Source: Heterodontus francisci (Eukaryota). From it: a DNA stretch of 64,000 nucleotides. The position numbers and the translations under genes were made by a program. Positions 40,140 through 53,600 of this stretch are shown piece by piece. The notes beneath the pieces are model-generated. The model saw only the letters and a program-made list of their open reading frames with translations, did no database searches and was not told where the DNA came from. Position 1 is the first letter of the stretch, and every line of letters starts with the position of its first letter. The stretch lies in assembly GCF_036365525.1 (NCBI RefSeq), contig NC_090371.1:51277654-51341653 (forward strand), read 5' to 3'.

Positions 40140-41098
40140 GAGAACATAAGAACATAAGTACAGTACATCCACTGGTTCTCCTTATCCATCTTGCAAGTTA
40201 CATCCTTGAAAAAAAACTCTGCTAACCATTTTGTCAAACACTATTTTCCTTTCATAAATCCGTGTTGTCTCTGCTTAATCATATTACGATTTTCTAAGTG
40301 ACCTGTTGCAATGTTCCTCATAATAGATTCTAGCATTTTGCCTACTACTGATTTTAGGCTAACTGACCTTTGGTTCCCCGTTTTCCCTCTTCCTACTTTC
40401 TTAAATAGCAGGGTTATGTTTGCTACCTTCTAATCCTTGGGAACTGTTCTAGAATGGGTTTTGGAAGATCAAAACCAAAGCAGCCACTATCTCTGCAGCT
40501 ACCTCTTTTAAAACCCGAGGATGCAGGTTGTCCGGTCCAAGGGATTTGTCAGCATTTAGTCACATTAATTTCTCCAGTACTTTTTTTTGGAACTTATATT
40601 GATTTAAGTTCCTCATTCACACTAGACCCTTGGTTCCCCATTATTCCAGAATATTTTACATCTTCTACTTGGCAAATACAAACTATTTGTTTAATGTTTG
40701 TGCTGTTTCCTTATTCCCCATTATAATTTCACCTGTCTCTGCCTCTAATGGGCCGATATTTACCTTCACTAATCTCTTCCTATGAGATACCTACAGAAAC
40801 ATTTACAATCTGTTTTTAATGTAGTTTCCCAATCTACCTTAGCCAGCTCGCTCCTCATACCAATAGAGCTTGTTTAGATTTTTAAGACCTTCATTTCAGC
40901 CTTAACTAATCACTTTCAAATTCAATATAAAATTCTAACATATTATGGTCACTCTTCCCTCGAGGCCCCTTTATGACAAGGTTATTAATTAACCCATTCT
41001 TATTGCACAATACTAGATTCAAAATAGCCTGTTCCCTAGTTGGTTCCTCGACATATTGATCTGGAAAAGTATCTTGTACACATTCCATGAACTTGCCC
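40140..41098 (-). mobile_element. Degenerate CR1 ORF2 fragments
   Basis: DQYVEEPTREQAILNLVL...SDHNM (APE end) and RT scraps. Confidence 0.75.
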
Positions 41099-42111
41099 TC
41101 TATTTGTTCATAATGAATTCATAATTAACAACCTCCGGCCCAAAGAACTAATTTTATATTTGTGAAATGTCATATTTCTCCTTTATGATGAAGAATTATA
41201 TACATTTTTAAAATAATTACTTAATGTTTAATATTTCCATTTCTACCTTAATCCCACGTGTATATCTCAATCTGTATTTCCCTTCTGTCAAATGATTAAA
41301 AGGTGAAGGATATTCAGTGTCTTTTGCTTCTTGGTTTGCTGTTTGTGAGAATTCTTGAATGGGTTTTGGCTGCTTAGCCTGTTGGATAACATCATTGCTG
41401 GGCACTAGATCCCCTTGAGCTAACGCCGAAATGACATTCATGTAGGGAAAAGTGAAATCCATGCCACAGAGATAACCAGATCTTTGTGGTCAGCTTTCTT
41501 CGAGGTCAACAGTGAGTACTGTCACTTCACAGCTGACTGTAAAATCCAAACCAAAATTAACAGATGCACACTATCCTGTTTAGCCTCGTTTCATAAATAT
41601 AATACAAGCTTTGTATTCAGATTAATATGGCAAATAGCTATCTTGATATCTCGCTCCACAAACATGTATGATCACCTCAGCACTTTGGATGATTCCAGTT
41701 TATAAATTATGGCTGATAAATGATTATTGATAGATGACTTGGTGCTTTATAATGCTCCTTTATCTGCTATACATCAAGGTTAACCCATTACTTTAAATGG
41801 GTTAATGCCCCCACTAAAATAGTAAACAGAAATGTCACCAGGTGTTAAATGTTTGTCCACTAACATCGCCAATGTAATTGTAAGCTTATAAATTGCTATT
41901 TCCGAGGGAAGGGAGGTCATTGTTCCCCTGTTCCGCAGATGCTGTGATGTGCTGTGTTTTTCTAACGGTCACTATATTTTGCAGTTTTTTTCCTTCTCTT
42001 CTCCATTAGAGATTTACACCTTGCCTAGAAATTCAATTTTACAACCTTGTAATTACAGGGATGTTTACCCCATTGCTGCATGTAACTTTAATTTGTTTTG
42101 GTTCACTATAG

Positions 42112-42273
42112 GTTGCAGAATTCTTGTATTCAAACGGCATGGCATTTGAGTACCCAGAGCCAAAGTTCAAAGAAGAGTATTTTCTGTCGAAGGTGTGGAA
42201 GACAGACTATGAGTCATTCCTTCCAGATGTTTATGATTGGCCAGAGTCTGTGACAAAGCTACCTAATTTGTAA
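42112..42273 (+). CDS. ME2: ME2 last coding exon: VAEFLYSNGMAFEYPEPKFKEEYFLSKVWKTDYESFLPDVYDWPESVTKLPNL*
   Basis: tatag| acceptor, YPEP and Y.S.LPDVY.WP C-terminal motifs, TAA stop at 42271-42273. Confidence 0.95.
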   Translation, partial: VAEFLYSNGMAFEYPEPKFKEEYFLSKVWKTDYESFLPDVYDWPESVTKLPNL

Positions 42274-42477
42274 TCGTATACCATGTTTAATACCTGCTAA
42301 AGAATTGAAGTATGAAGAAATATATGAAGGTTTTTCAGCTGGCTACACACTAAACTTGAAAATCTCTTAACTTGCCAGAGTGTGTCTCTTTGTGCCATGA
42401 GAAATAATTTTACTAATTCAATCCCTTTCTCAACTTTAATTAACCAATGTTCATTGGAAATCTGCAACTTCTCTAAA

Positions 42478-42722
42478 AGAAAGAACTTGCCTTTATATGG
42501 TGTTTTTCACATCTGGAGGATATCCCAAAGTGCTTTACAGCCAGTTCATTCCTTCAGTTACTGTTGTGGAGGCAAATGCAGTTGGCAATTTGAAAATTCG
42601 GTCTGTGTAACATTTTATCTGAAAGATGACTCCTCCAACAAAGTGGTAGTACCTCAGTCAGTCTAAATTATGTACTCAAATCCTGAAATGAGGCTTAAAT
42701 TCGCAAGTTTCTGACACAGCCA
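42478..42722 (-). mobile_element. Old L2-tailed SINE-like fragment in the ME2 3' UTR (related pieces at ~27540-27690 and ~39650-39750)
   Basis: Shared aagaacttgc.tttatat.g...cccaaagtgctttacagcc tail. Confidence 0.5.
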
Positions 42723-44578
42723 AGTTTACACTTCTGCACTACCTTGGCCTCTAGTTTTAAAAAAAAACTGCCATCTAGTTTGATTCAATACATTTGAAAT
42801 CCATATGTTACTGTTAAGGGATCAGAAAAGCATTATTTACATTGCTAGTTTCCTCTACCTTAAATTCTGTATCTGTTCACTTCAGAAGTTGGGTGTGTGA
42901 AGGTAGAGAGTATACAGAAAAAGATAAAATAACATGTTCAATAACAAACTGTAAACTTAGTTATTGCAGATATGCCTGGAGGCTCTGATTTTTTTTTTAC
43001 ATGTTGAATCATATTTTGGATACTATACATTAAACCTGAAGGACAGTAAACATCAGGAATGCAAGATAATAGAAAATGCTGGGAATACTCAGCAGGTCAA
43101 AAGAGAGAAACCGAGCTAATATTTCTGTTCTGGTCTCTACAGATGCTGCATGACAGAATTTCCAGCATTTTTCTTTTTTTTTTCAAATTTCCAGCATCTA
43201 CGGTGTTTTGCTTTTGTGTCATGAATGTAAGAGCTGACTGTTTTTTGAAAGGGATAACAGGAGCACTGCTTTGCTTGCCATTTTTACATCTTTTTAAGTA
43301 CTAAATCATTGGTGATAAGATTGCAACATCAGTGATTCTGCTAACTTCAGTTAAGAAACAGCACAGTTTGAATGCAAATCGCCTCTTAGGCTATTTCAAT
43401 GTAAATATACTGGCTGACCCTATTTTACAGATTTCTCCAGTGGATGTGTAGGAAGGTACAGCCACTTGGGTGAGGGGTGCACTTTGCTCCAGTAGCTCCA
43501 ATAGGAACATTCTGAGGTTAGAAAACAATATTCCTTTACTGAAACTTGGTCATTATCATGTGACTTCTTGTGTTGTCACTAATGGATACTGGATAAAGGA
43601 TAGTTAGATTCCTTACATTTCTAAGTTTCTGATTGTGGCTATTCTGCAAAGGTTAAATCTTTATAGGATGGAAAAGAGTGGGGGTTGGGGGGTGAATGGG
43701 TGGTTATGGTATGGTGGAGAAAACCGTGAAGCCATAAGAGGCAAAGGCTGATGCGAGAAAATGAAAATGTAGTTCTGGGTGGCTTGTACCAACATCCCTG
43801 CTCAAAATCTGGAGTAGCTCCCAGTCTCCACTAAATGGGGGTAATTTAAACTTTTACCATAAGATAAAAAACAGGTGATAGCGAATCGGTCACCCATTTT
43901 ACATCTTGCATGATTGTCTCTTCAACAATTTGTTTTTTTCCCCAACTCTTACTCAGGGGTCAGGAACTCTGTTAGAAATCCTGGACACTGTCCCAATGCC
44001 ATGGGCTACTATAGCACTAGTATGTTTAAATGGCAGTTGAGTGGGCCTGATGAATGCATATGTGCCTGTGATGAAGTGCAGATGTACAGTTTTGAGAGTA
44101 GTACCTTTTAAAGTGAAAGATAGCTATAATACTTTGAAGACTAGTAGCACTAATTTGTGATGTTACTGTTCTAAGAAATAATGGAAAGAGAAATAGATGC
44201 CTCTAAGGGAGACCAGCGAGATCCAAAGCACTTTTGAAATCAAATCCTGGATTTGAATTGTACTTTTTTAATAAATAGGATTTTGTGATCTTGGGAATAG
44301 TTATCTAAAACTTTGTCAGTGATTTAAAGTAAAAGCTGTTGTCAGAGTAGAGTGCACTGAAGGGAATATTTACATGTGAAAATTTATTTATTAATGATTA
44401 GTGTTAACTGTTTGGAACAATACTGAATTATTTTCCATCACCCCTAATTCCCTGCTATGGGTAGAGTTTTGTGTTTTATCAGCTTTTCCTAATTGAATCT
44501 TGACATTGACTTAACGATAATGGCAGATTTACTGATGGTTCATGTGTTATGTATTTTTTTGTTTGTGCTTATTACTGA

Positions 44579-44584
44579 AATAAA
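44579..44584 (+). terminator. Candidate ME2 polyadenylation signal AATAAA (alternative at 44270-44275)
   Basis: AATAAA in AT-rich unique sequence followed by a T/GT-rich tract, just before dense repeats resume at ~44830. Confidence 0.45.
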
Positions 44585-44829
44585 CAGTTTTCAATATTTT
44601 TGTATTAGTATATGCTAAAATTCAAAACTAATGGATATGGTTAAGCAGATGAGCATATTTGCTTTTAACATGCTTTATACAGACTTCCATCAATGCCCCA
44701 CCTGAACTGAAATGTCATGCTTTTTCAGAGCCCAAGTGCTTCATCACAGTAGATTAGAATGGCATACATTTAAAGAACTAATTCATAATTGTCAATGAGC
44801 TTACATTCCTTTGAAGAATAAAAACTCTA

Positions 44830-47800
44830 CAGTAAGTTATCCATTTCAGTAGTAAAAAGAGAAGAGCAGAATACTTTATTAAATGGCGAGAGACTGGGAA
44901 ATATTGGTATTCAGAGGGACCTAAATGTTCTTGTACACTAATCAAAGAAAGGCAACATGCAAGTACAGCAAGCAATTGGGAAAGAAAATGATAATGTTGG
45001 CCATTATTACAAAGGGGTTTGAGTACAGGTGTGAACAAGTTTAGCTGCAATTGCATAGGGCCTTGGTGAGACCACACCTAGAGTACTGTGAACAGGTTTG
45101 GTTCCATTATCTAAGGAAGGATATACTTACTGTAGAGGGAGTGCAATGAAGGTTTGTAAGACTGATTTCCTCCTGGCATGAGGGGATTATCCTATGAGGA
45201 AAAATTGAGTAGATTAGAGCCATATTCCCTGGAGCTGAGAAGAATCAGATGAGATTTCATTGAAACACATAAAATTCTTAAGGGGCTTGATAGGGTAGAT
45301 ATTGGGAGGATGTTTCCCCCTGGATGGGGAGAACTAGGGGTGACAGTCTCAGAATAAAATTTCTTCGCTCAAAGGCTTGTGAATCTTTGAAATTCTGTAC
45401 CCAAGGAAGCTGTGAATTCTGAGTCATTGAGTAGATGCAAGACTGAGAGCAATAGCTTTTTAGATGCCAAGGGAATTAATGGATATGGCGATCATGTGGG
45501 TAGGTGGAGTTGAGGTGGACGGTCAGCCATGATCTTATTGAATGCTTGTACAGGCTCGAATGGCCTACTCTTGCTCTTATTTCTTATGTTCTTAAAAGTG
45601 ACCCAACGAGAGGAGTTAAGGACCAAAACAAGAAATGCTGGATTCACTCAGCAGGTCTGGCAGCATCTGTGGAAAGAGAAGCAGAGTTAACGTTTCGGGT
45701 CAGTGACCCTTCTTCGGAAGTTAAGGATAGTGTTAGATTAAATGAAGATGTTTATAGTGTTGCTACACAGAGTAACAAGGTTGATGATTGGGAAGATTTC
45801 TAGAAATCAGCAAAGGATGACCAAGCAATTGATAGGGGGGGGGAAATAGAATGAGTAAACTAGCAAATCTATAAACAGATTGTAAGAGCTTCTACAAGTA
45901 TGTAAGAATGGAGAGATTACTGATAGTAAACATGGGTCCCTTAGAAGCAGAAATGCAAGAAATTACAATGGGGAATAACAAAATGGCAGAGATGTTAAAA
46001 AAAAAAAAAACATTTTGTATTTGATTTCCTAGTTGGAACACACAAAAACAGTGGAAATAGTTGAAAACTAAGAGTCCAATGAGAGACATAAGAAATAGGA
46101 GCAAGAATAGGCCAATTGGTCCTTCGAGCCTGTCCGCTACTCAATAAGGTCATGGCTGCTCTGATTGTGGCCTTAACTCCACTTTTCTGTCTGCTCCCCA
46201 TAACCCTCGACTCCCTTGTAGATCAAAAATCTGTCTAACTCAGCCTTGAATTTATTCAATGGCCCAGTCTCTACTGCTGTCTGAGGTAGAGAATTCCAAA
46301 GATTAACGACCTACGAGAAAAGAAATTCCTCCTCATCTCCCTCTTAAATGGGACACCCCTTATTTTGAAATTGTGCCCCAGTTCTAGATTTCTCCCATGA
46401 GAGCAAAGAACTTAAAAATGATTGATATTAGCAAAGAAAAATACTAGTGAAATTAATAGGACTAAAAGCCAAGAAATTCCCTGGTCCTGATGACTGTAAA
46501 AGAGATGGCTACAAAGATAATGGGCTGGATTTTAACTCTGCTAAAACCCTGGGAGCAGGGTGTGTTAAGGTACCTGGACGTTGGGGATCCCCTGCATGTT
46601 GTGACGTTATAACTCCAAAGTGTGTGTGTGACTTCATGGACTGGTTCCCTGCCTAGAAGCCAGCCTGTGACAGTATTCGCTCCCAGTTGGATAGGGAGTA
46701 TGTTGGTGGAGGCTGCAGGACCAGGTAAGTCTGCACCCAGTGGGGGAAGAGGGGGGCGGATCTGGAGAGGGGTTGTTCAACTGCCCGGCCTCTGCTAAAA
46801 CAAGAAGTAAGTGGATTGGTGTCAGGATTCTGATTCTTAAGACTTTAATTTCATCACCCCGCCTCCTCTGCAACACTACCCAAACCCACTTGTTCTTTTG
46901 TTGAAAATTTCCCCACTGGATGCACTGGCTTTGATCTTTGAAAATTCCCTAGATTCTGGAACGGTCCCTGTGGACTGGAAGGTAGCAATTGTAACCCTGT
47001 TTAAAAAAAAAAAGAGCGACAAATAAACCAAGTAAACTATAGGCCAACTAACCTGATATCAGCAGTGGGGGAAATGCTAAAATCTATCATTGGGGCATTT
47101 AACACTGTCTTATGAAATGACAAATGTATTAGTGTTTTTCAGGGCATTATAGATGAGGGGAAACCAGTGGATGTAGTATATTTGGATTTTCAGAAGACAT
47201 TCAAAAGAGCCACAAGACATGCTGTATAAGATTATGGCTCATGGAATTGAGGGCAATATATTAGCATGGATTGATTAACAGACAGAAAACAGGAATTAAA
47301 TGGGCAATTTTTGGGTTTGCAGACTGCAACTAGTGGTGTCCTGCAAAGATAAGTGGTTGGGACTCTGGTGTTTATAATCTTTATCAATGACTTTGACATA
47401 TGTAATAAATACAGGACTAGATGGGAAAGTAAGCTGTGAGGAGGATGCCAAGGGATATAGACCACTTAAGTGGACAAAAAGGTGACTGGGGTAGTGTGAA
47501 ATTATCCCCTTTGGTAGAAAGAATAGAAAAGCAGAATTGTTTTAAATGAGAGATCAGTAAGTGTGGGATTTCTTGTACATGGACCACTGAAAAGATTAAC
47601 ATAGAAAGAGCAAGCAATTAGGAACACAACTGGTATGTTAGCCTTTATGTCAAGGGAATTGCATTACAAGAGTAAGCAAGTCTTGCCCTTGACATTAAGG
47701 CAGCATTTGACTGAGCATGGTAGCAAGGCGCCCCAGCAAAATTGAAGTCATTGGGAAGCGGGGGGAAATTTTCCACTAGTTAGTCGTACCTAGCACAAAG

Positions 47801-48975
47801 GAAGATGGTTGTGGATGTTGGAGGCCAATCATCTCAGTCCCAGGATATCGCTGCAACAGTTCCACAGGGTAGTGGCCTAGGCCCACCCATCTTTAGCTGC
47901 TTCATCAATGACATTCCCTCCAACAAAAGGTCAGAAGTGGGGATGTTCGCTGATTGCGCAGTGTTCAGCACTATTTGCAACTCTGGTACTGAAGCAGTCC
48001 GTGTCCATATGCAGTGAGCTCTGGACAACCTTCAGGCTTGGGCTGATGTGTGGCACGAATGTTACGTGCCACTTAATTGCCAGGCAATGACCATCTCAAA
48101 CAAGAGAATCTAACCATCTCCCCTTAATGTTCAATGGCATTACCATCGCTGAATCCCCCACTATCAACATCGTTGGTGTTACCACTGACCAGAAACTGAC
48201 TGGCCCAGCCATAAATACTGTGGCTACAGCAGCAGGTCAGAGATTGGAAATTCTGAGGCAAATAATTCACCACCTGTCTCCCCAATGCCTGTCCACCAAC
48301 TACAAGGCAGAAGTCAGGAGTGTGAGGGAATACTCTCCACTTACCTGGATGAGTGGCACCCCATCTGCCAACTTAAACGTTCACTCCCTCCGCCATCATC
48401 CATAGCAGCAGCAGTGTGTACCATATACAAGATGCACTGTCGTAAATTACCAAGGGTCCTTTGACAGCACCTTCCAAACCCGTGACCTCTACCACCTAGA
48501 AGGACAAAGGCAGCAGCCAGCACCTGCAAGTTCCCTTCCAAGCCACACACCAATCTGACTTGGCAATATATCGCCGTTCCTTCACTGCTGCTGGATCAAT
48601 ATCCTGGAACTCCCTCCCTCACGGCACTGTGGGAGTACCCGCACCAGATGGACTGCAGCAGTTCAAGAAGCCGGCTCACTACAAGCTTCTTAAGGGCAAT
48701 TAGGATGGGCAAAAGATGCTAGTTTTGCCAGTGATGCCCATGAAAGAAAAAAATTATATAGGGTGTTGGTACAGTTTTGGACTCCTGACCTAAGAAAAGA
48801 TAAACCTGCCCTAGAAGTGTGCAATAAAGGTTCACTAGATTAACTAGGTTGTCCTATGAGGATTGATTGAGTAGAAATGGGCCTATACTATTTGGCATTT
48901 AGAAGAATGGGAGGTGAGCGCAATGAAATTCTTCCAAGGGCTTGACTGAGTAGATGCTGAGTGGTTGTTTCCCAC
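44830..48975 (+). mobile_element. Cluster of degenerate CR1 fragments with nested inserts: Penelope piece 45624-45718, CR1 tail ~46085-46400, MITE-like ~46521-46915, second-family CR1 ~47690-48745
   Basis: RT peptides. TSD agttaagga at 45614-45622 and 45719-45727. gggctggatttt...aaaatttcccc termini. Confidence 0.7.
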
Positions 48976-48984
48976 TACAAGTAT

Positions 48985-50150
48985 ACAACATTACATAGAA
49001 TAGGCATCATAGAAACAGGTTATTTGTCCCAGTCAGTCCAGGCCAGAATTTGTGCTCCACTTAAACTTTTCCCATCCTTTCTCATTTATCATCATAACCC
49101 ATTATTCACTTTTCCCTCATTGCTTGTCCAGCCTACCCTGAAATCTTCCTTTAAATGTATCTATACGATTTGCTTCAACCACTCGTGTGCTAATGAGTTC
49201 CAGATTCTCAACATTCTCTGGGTAAAGAAGCTTCTTCTGAGTGACTATTATATTGACGGCATCTAGTTTTGCTCTTCTCCACAAGTGGAAGCATTTAACT
49301 TTTTCAAAGCCTTTCATAATTTTAAAGCTGTCTATTAGGTCACCCCTCAGCCTTCTCCTTTCAAGAGAGAAGTGTCTGAGCCTCTTCATCCGTTTCTGAT
49401 AGATACATTTCTGGTATCATCCTTGTAAATATTTTGCCCCTATATCTTTCATAATATAGTGACCAGAACTGCACAGAGAAATTCAGGTGTGCTCCAATGA
49501 AGGTTTAATACAAGTTTAGCATAACTTCTCTACTTTTCAGTTCTATCCCTCTAGGAATAAATCTGTTTGCTTTTTTTTTTTCTGACCTTATTAACCTGCA
49601 TTTCTACTTTGTGATTTGTACTCCAAGTTAGAACATATCTATTAGGTCACCCCTCAGCCTTCTCCTTTCAAGAGAGAAGTGTCTGAGCCTCTTCATCCGT
49701 TTCTGATAGATACATTTCTGGTATCATCCTCTAACCCATTTAGATTTTTATTTTGCAAGTAATGTGACATCTTTCTTTTCTGACCAAAATGTAATGTGTT
49801 GAAATTCATTTGGCAATTATATGCCCATTCTGCAAGTTTATTAATATTATCTTGTAATTTGTTGCAGTCCTCCTCAGTATTGACTATCCCATCCAACCCC
49901 CCCCCCCAAAATTTGGTGTCCTCTGCAAATTTAGAAATGTTGTTTTTGATTCCAAAGTCTAAATCATTCATAAAAATTGTGAACAATCATGGTCCTAGCA
50001 CTAATTTAGGACCCCACTTTCGAAGAGCTACCCTTTACCCCTACTCTCTGCTGTCTTGCAGCCAGTGAGCTAGCCGTTCTGCTACTTGTCCCCTGACTCG
50101 ACATGTTCTAACTTTATTCATTAGTCTATTGTGTGGCATCTTATCAAAAT
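48985..50150 (-). mobile_element. Degenerate CR1 3' fragment
   Basis: FTIFMNDLD...KFAEDTK and FSLERRRLRGDLI peptides. Confidence 0.8.
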
Positions 50151-50606
50151 GAACCACAATTATAAGCTGTTCCCTTTCTTTATTTAAAATCTACTACATC
50201 CACCCCACAACATTTCTTACTCTGACACCTGGGTGGCAATACATCATCCAGAATTCTGTTGTGGTTACGAAAGTATCTGTTTATTCAGTTGTCCACGGTT
50301 CCTCTCTTTATTGCACATTTCTGGATTTCATTTTCCTTTAGCAATAAAAATGACAGAATTGTTACAGCGCAGAAGGAGGCCATTTGGTCCATCATGTCCA
50401 CACCAGCTCTCCGAATGAGCATTTCACCTAGTGCCATTCCCCTATTTTCTCCCCATAGCCCTGCACATTCTTCCTTTTCCTGGAACAGTCTAATTCCCTT
50501 TTGACTGCTTCAATTGAACCTGCCTCCAGGCAGTGCATTCCAGACCTTAACCACTTGCTGTGTGAAAAAGTTTTCCCTCATGTGGCTTTTGCTTTTCTTA
50601 CCCATT

Positions 50607-53600
50607 GAGGCGAGCTACCGCCCGCCTCAAACCGGGCAGCCCCCGGTCAATAAGGTTCTGTCCCGCCACAGTCTGCCTGCTTCAATGGGTGCTTGGAGCT
50701 CAGGGTCATTGCCCGAAAGGTGGACTGATACACCGCACCAAACAACATGAAAAAAGGAAAGAAGGTACCAGCCCTTCGCTTTGCAAGCTGGAACGTCAGA
50801 ACTATGTGTCCTGGCCTGTCGGAAGACCTTACACAAATCAACGATTCTCGGAAGACCGCCATCATTAACAACGAGCTCAGTAGACTCAATGTGGACATTG
50901 CAGCACTTCAGGAGACTCGCCTCCCCGCGAGTGGCTCTCTAGCAGAGCAAGACTACACCTTCTTCTGGCAGGGCAGGGATCCTGAAGAACCAAGACAGCA
51001 TGGAGTGGGCTTCGCCATCAGAAACTCCTTGCTCAGCATGATAGAGCCTCCCTCAAATGGCTCGGAATGCATACTGTCCATCCGACTGCTCACCACCTCT
51101 GGTCCAGTACACCTACTCAGCATCTATGCTCCAACACTCTGTTCCGCACCTGAAGCTAAAGACCAGTTCTATGAACAACTCCATAACATCATTAGCAGCA
51201 TCCCCAACACCGAACACCTATTCCTGCTGGGGGACTTTAATGCCAGGGTTGGGGCCGACCATGACTCATGGCCTTCCTGCCTTGGGCGCTATGGCGTTGG
51301 AAGGATGAATGAGAACGGGCAGAGACTGCTTGAGTTGTGTACCTATCATAACCTCTGCATCACCAACTCGTTCTTTCACACTAAACCCTGTCACCAGGTT
51401 TCATGGAGGCACCCAAGATCACGTCGTTGGCACCAGCTAGACCTCATTGTCACAAGGCGAGCCGCCTTAAACAGTGTTCAAATCACACGCAGCTTCCACA
51501 GTGCGGACTGCGACACCGACCACTCCCTGGTGTGCAGCAAGGTTAGACTCAGACCAAAGAAGTTGCATCATTCCAAGCAGAAGGGCCACCCGCGCATCAA
51601 CACGAGCAGAATTTCTCACCCACAGCTGTTACAAAAATTTCTAAATTCACTTGTAACAGCCCTTCAAAACACTCCCACAGGGGATGCTGAGACCAAGTGG
51701 GCCCACATCAGAGACGCCATCTATGAGTCAGCTTTGACCACCTACGGCAAAAGTGCGAAGAGAAATGCAGACTGGTTTCAATCTCATAATGAAGAGCTGG
51801 AACCTGTCATAGCCGCTAAGCGCATTGCACTTTTGAACTACAAGAAAGCCCCCAGCGATTTAACATCCGCAGCACTTAAAGCAGCCAGAAGTACTGCACA
51901 AAGAACAGCTAGGCGTTGCGCAAACGACTACTGGCAACACCTATGCAGCCATATTCAGCTGGCCTCAGACACCGGAAACATCAGAGGAATGTATGATGGC
52001 ATGAAGAGAGCTCTTGGGCCAACCATCAAGAAGATCACCCCCCTCAAATCTAAATCGGGGGACATAATCACTGACCAACGCAAACAGATGGACCGCTGGG
52101 TTGAGCACTACCTAGAACTGTACTCCAGGGAGAATGCTGTCACTGAGACTGCCCTCAATGCAGCCCAGCCTCTACCAGTCATGGATGAGCTGGACATACA
52201 GCCAACCAAATCGGAACTCAGTGATGCCATTGATTCCCTAGCCAGCGGAAAAGCCCCTGGGAAGGACAGCATTACCCCTGAAATAATCAAGAGTGCCAAG
52301 CCTGCTATACTCTCAGCACTACATGAACTGCTATGCCTGTGCTGGGACGAGGGAGCAGTACCCCAGGACATGCGCGATGCCAACATCATCACCCTCTATA
52401 AAAACAAAGGTGACCGCGGTGACTGCAACAACTACCGTGGAATCTCCCTGCTCAGCATAGTGGGGAAAGTCTTTGCTCGAGTCGCTCTGAACAGGCTCCA
52501 GAAGCTGGCCGAGCGCGTCTACCCTGAGGCACAGTGTGGCTTTCGTGCAGAGAGATCGACTATTGACATGCTGTTCTCCCTTCGTCAGATACAGGAGAAA
52601 TGCCGTGAACAACAGATGCCCCTCTACATTGCTTTCATTGATCTTCAGACTACTAGAAAAGATCGGATGTCCACCAAAGCTACTAAGTATCATCACCTCA
52701 TTCCATGACAATATGAAAGGCACAATTCAACATGGTGGCTCCTCATCAGAGCCCTTTCCTATCCTGAGTGGTGTGAAACAGGGCTGTGTTCTCGCACCCA
52801 CACTTTTTGGGATTTTCTTCTCCCTGCTGCTTTCACATGCGTTCAAATCCTCTGAAGAAGGAATTTTCCTCCACACAAGATCAGGGGGCAGGTTGTTCAA
52901 CCTTGCCCGTCTAAGAGCGAAGTCCAAAGTACGGAAAGTCCTCATCAGAGAACTCCTCTTTGCTGACGATGCTGCTTTAACATCTCACACTGAAGAATGC
53001 CTGCAGAGTCTCATCGACAGGTTTGCGTCTGCCTGCAATGAATTTGGCCTAACCATCAGCCTCAAGAAAACGAACATCATGGGGCAGGATGTCAGAAATG
53101 CTCCATCCATCAATATTGGCGACCACGCTCTGGAAGTGGTTCAAGAGTTCACCTACCTAGGCTCAACTATCACCAGTAACCTGTCTCTAGATGCAGAAAT
53201 CAACAAGCGCATGGGTAAGGCTTCCACTGCTATGTTCAGACTGGCCAAGAGAGTGTGGGAAAATGGCGCACTGACACGGAACACAAAAGTCCGAGTGTAT
53301 CAGGCCTGTGTCCTCAGTACCTTGCTCTACGGCAGCGAGGCCTGGACAACGTATGCCAGCCAAGAGCGACGTCTCAATTCATTCCATCTTCGCTGCCTTC
53401 GGAGAATACTTGGCATCAGGTGGCAGGACTATATCTCCAACACAGAAGTCCTTGAAGCGGCCAACATCCCCAGCTTATACACACTACTGAGTCAGCGGCG
53501 CTTGAGATGGCTTGGCCATGTGAGCCGCATGGAAGATGGCAGGATCCCCAAAGACACATTGTACAGCGAGCTCGCCACTGGTATCAGACCCACCGGCCGT

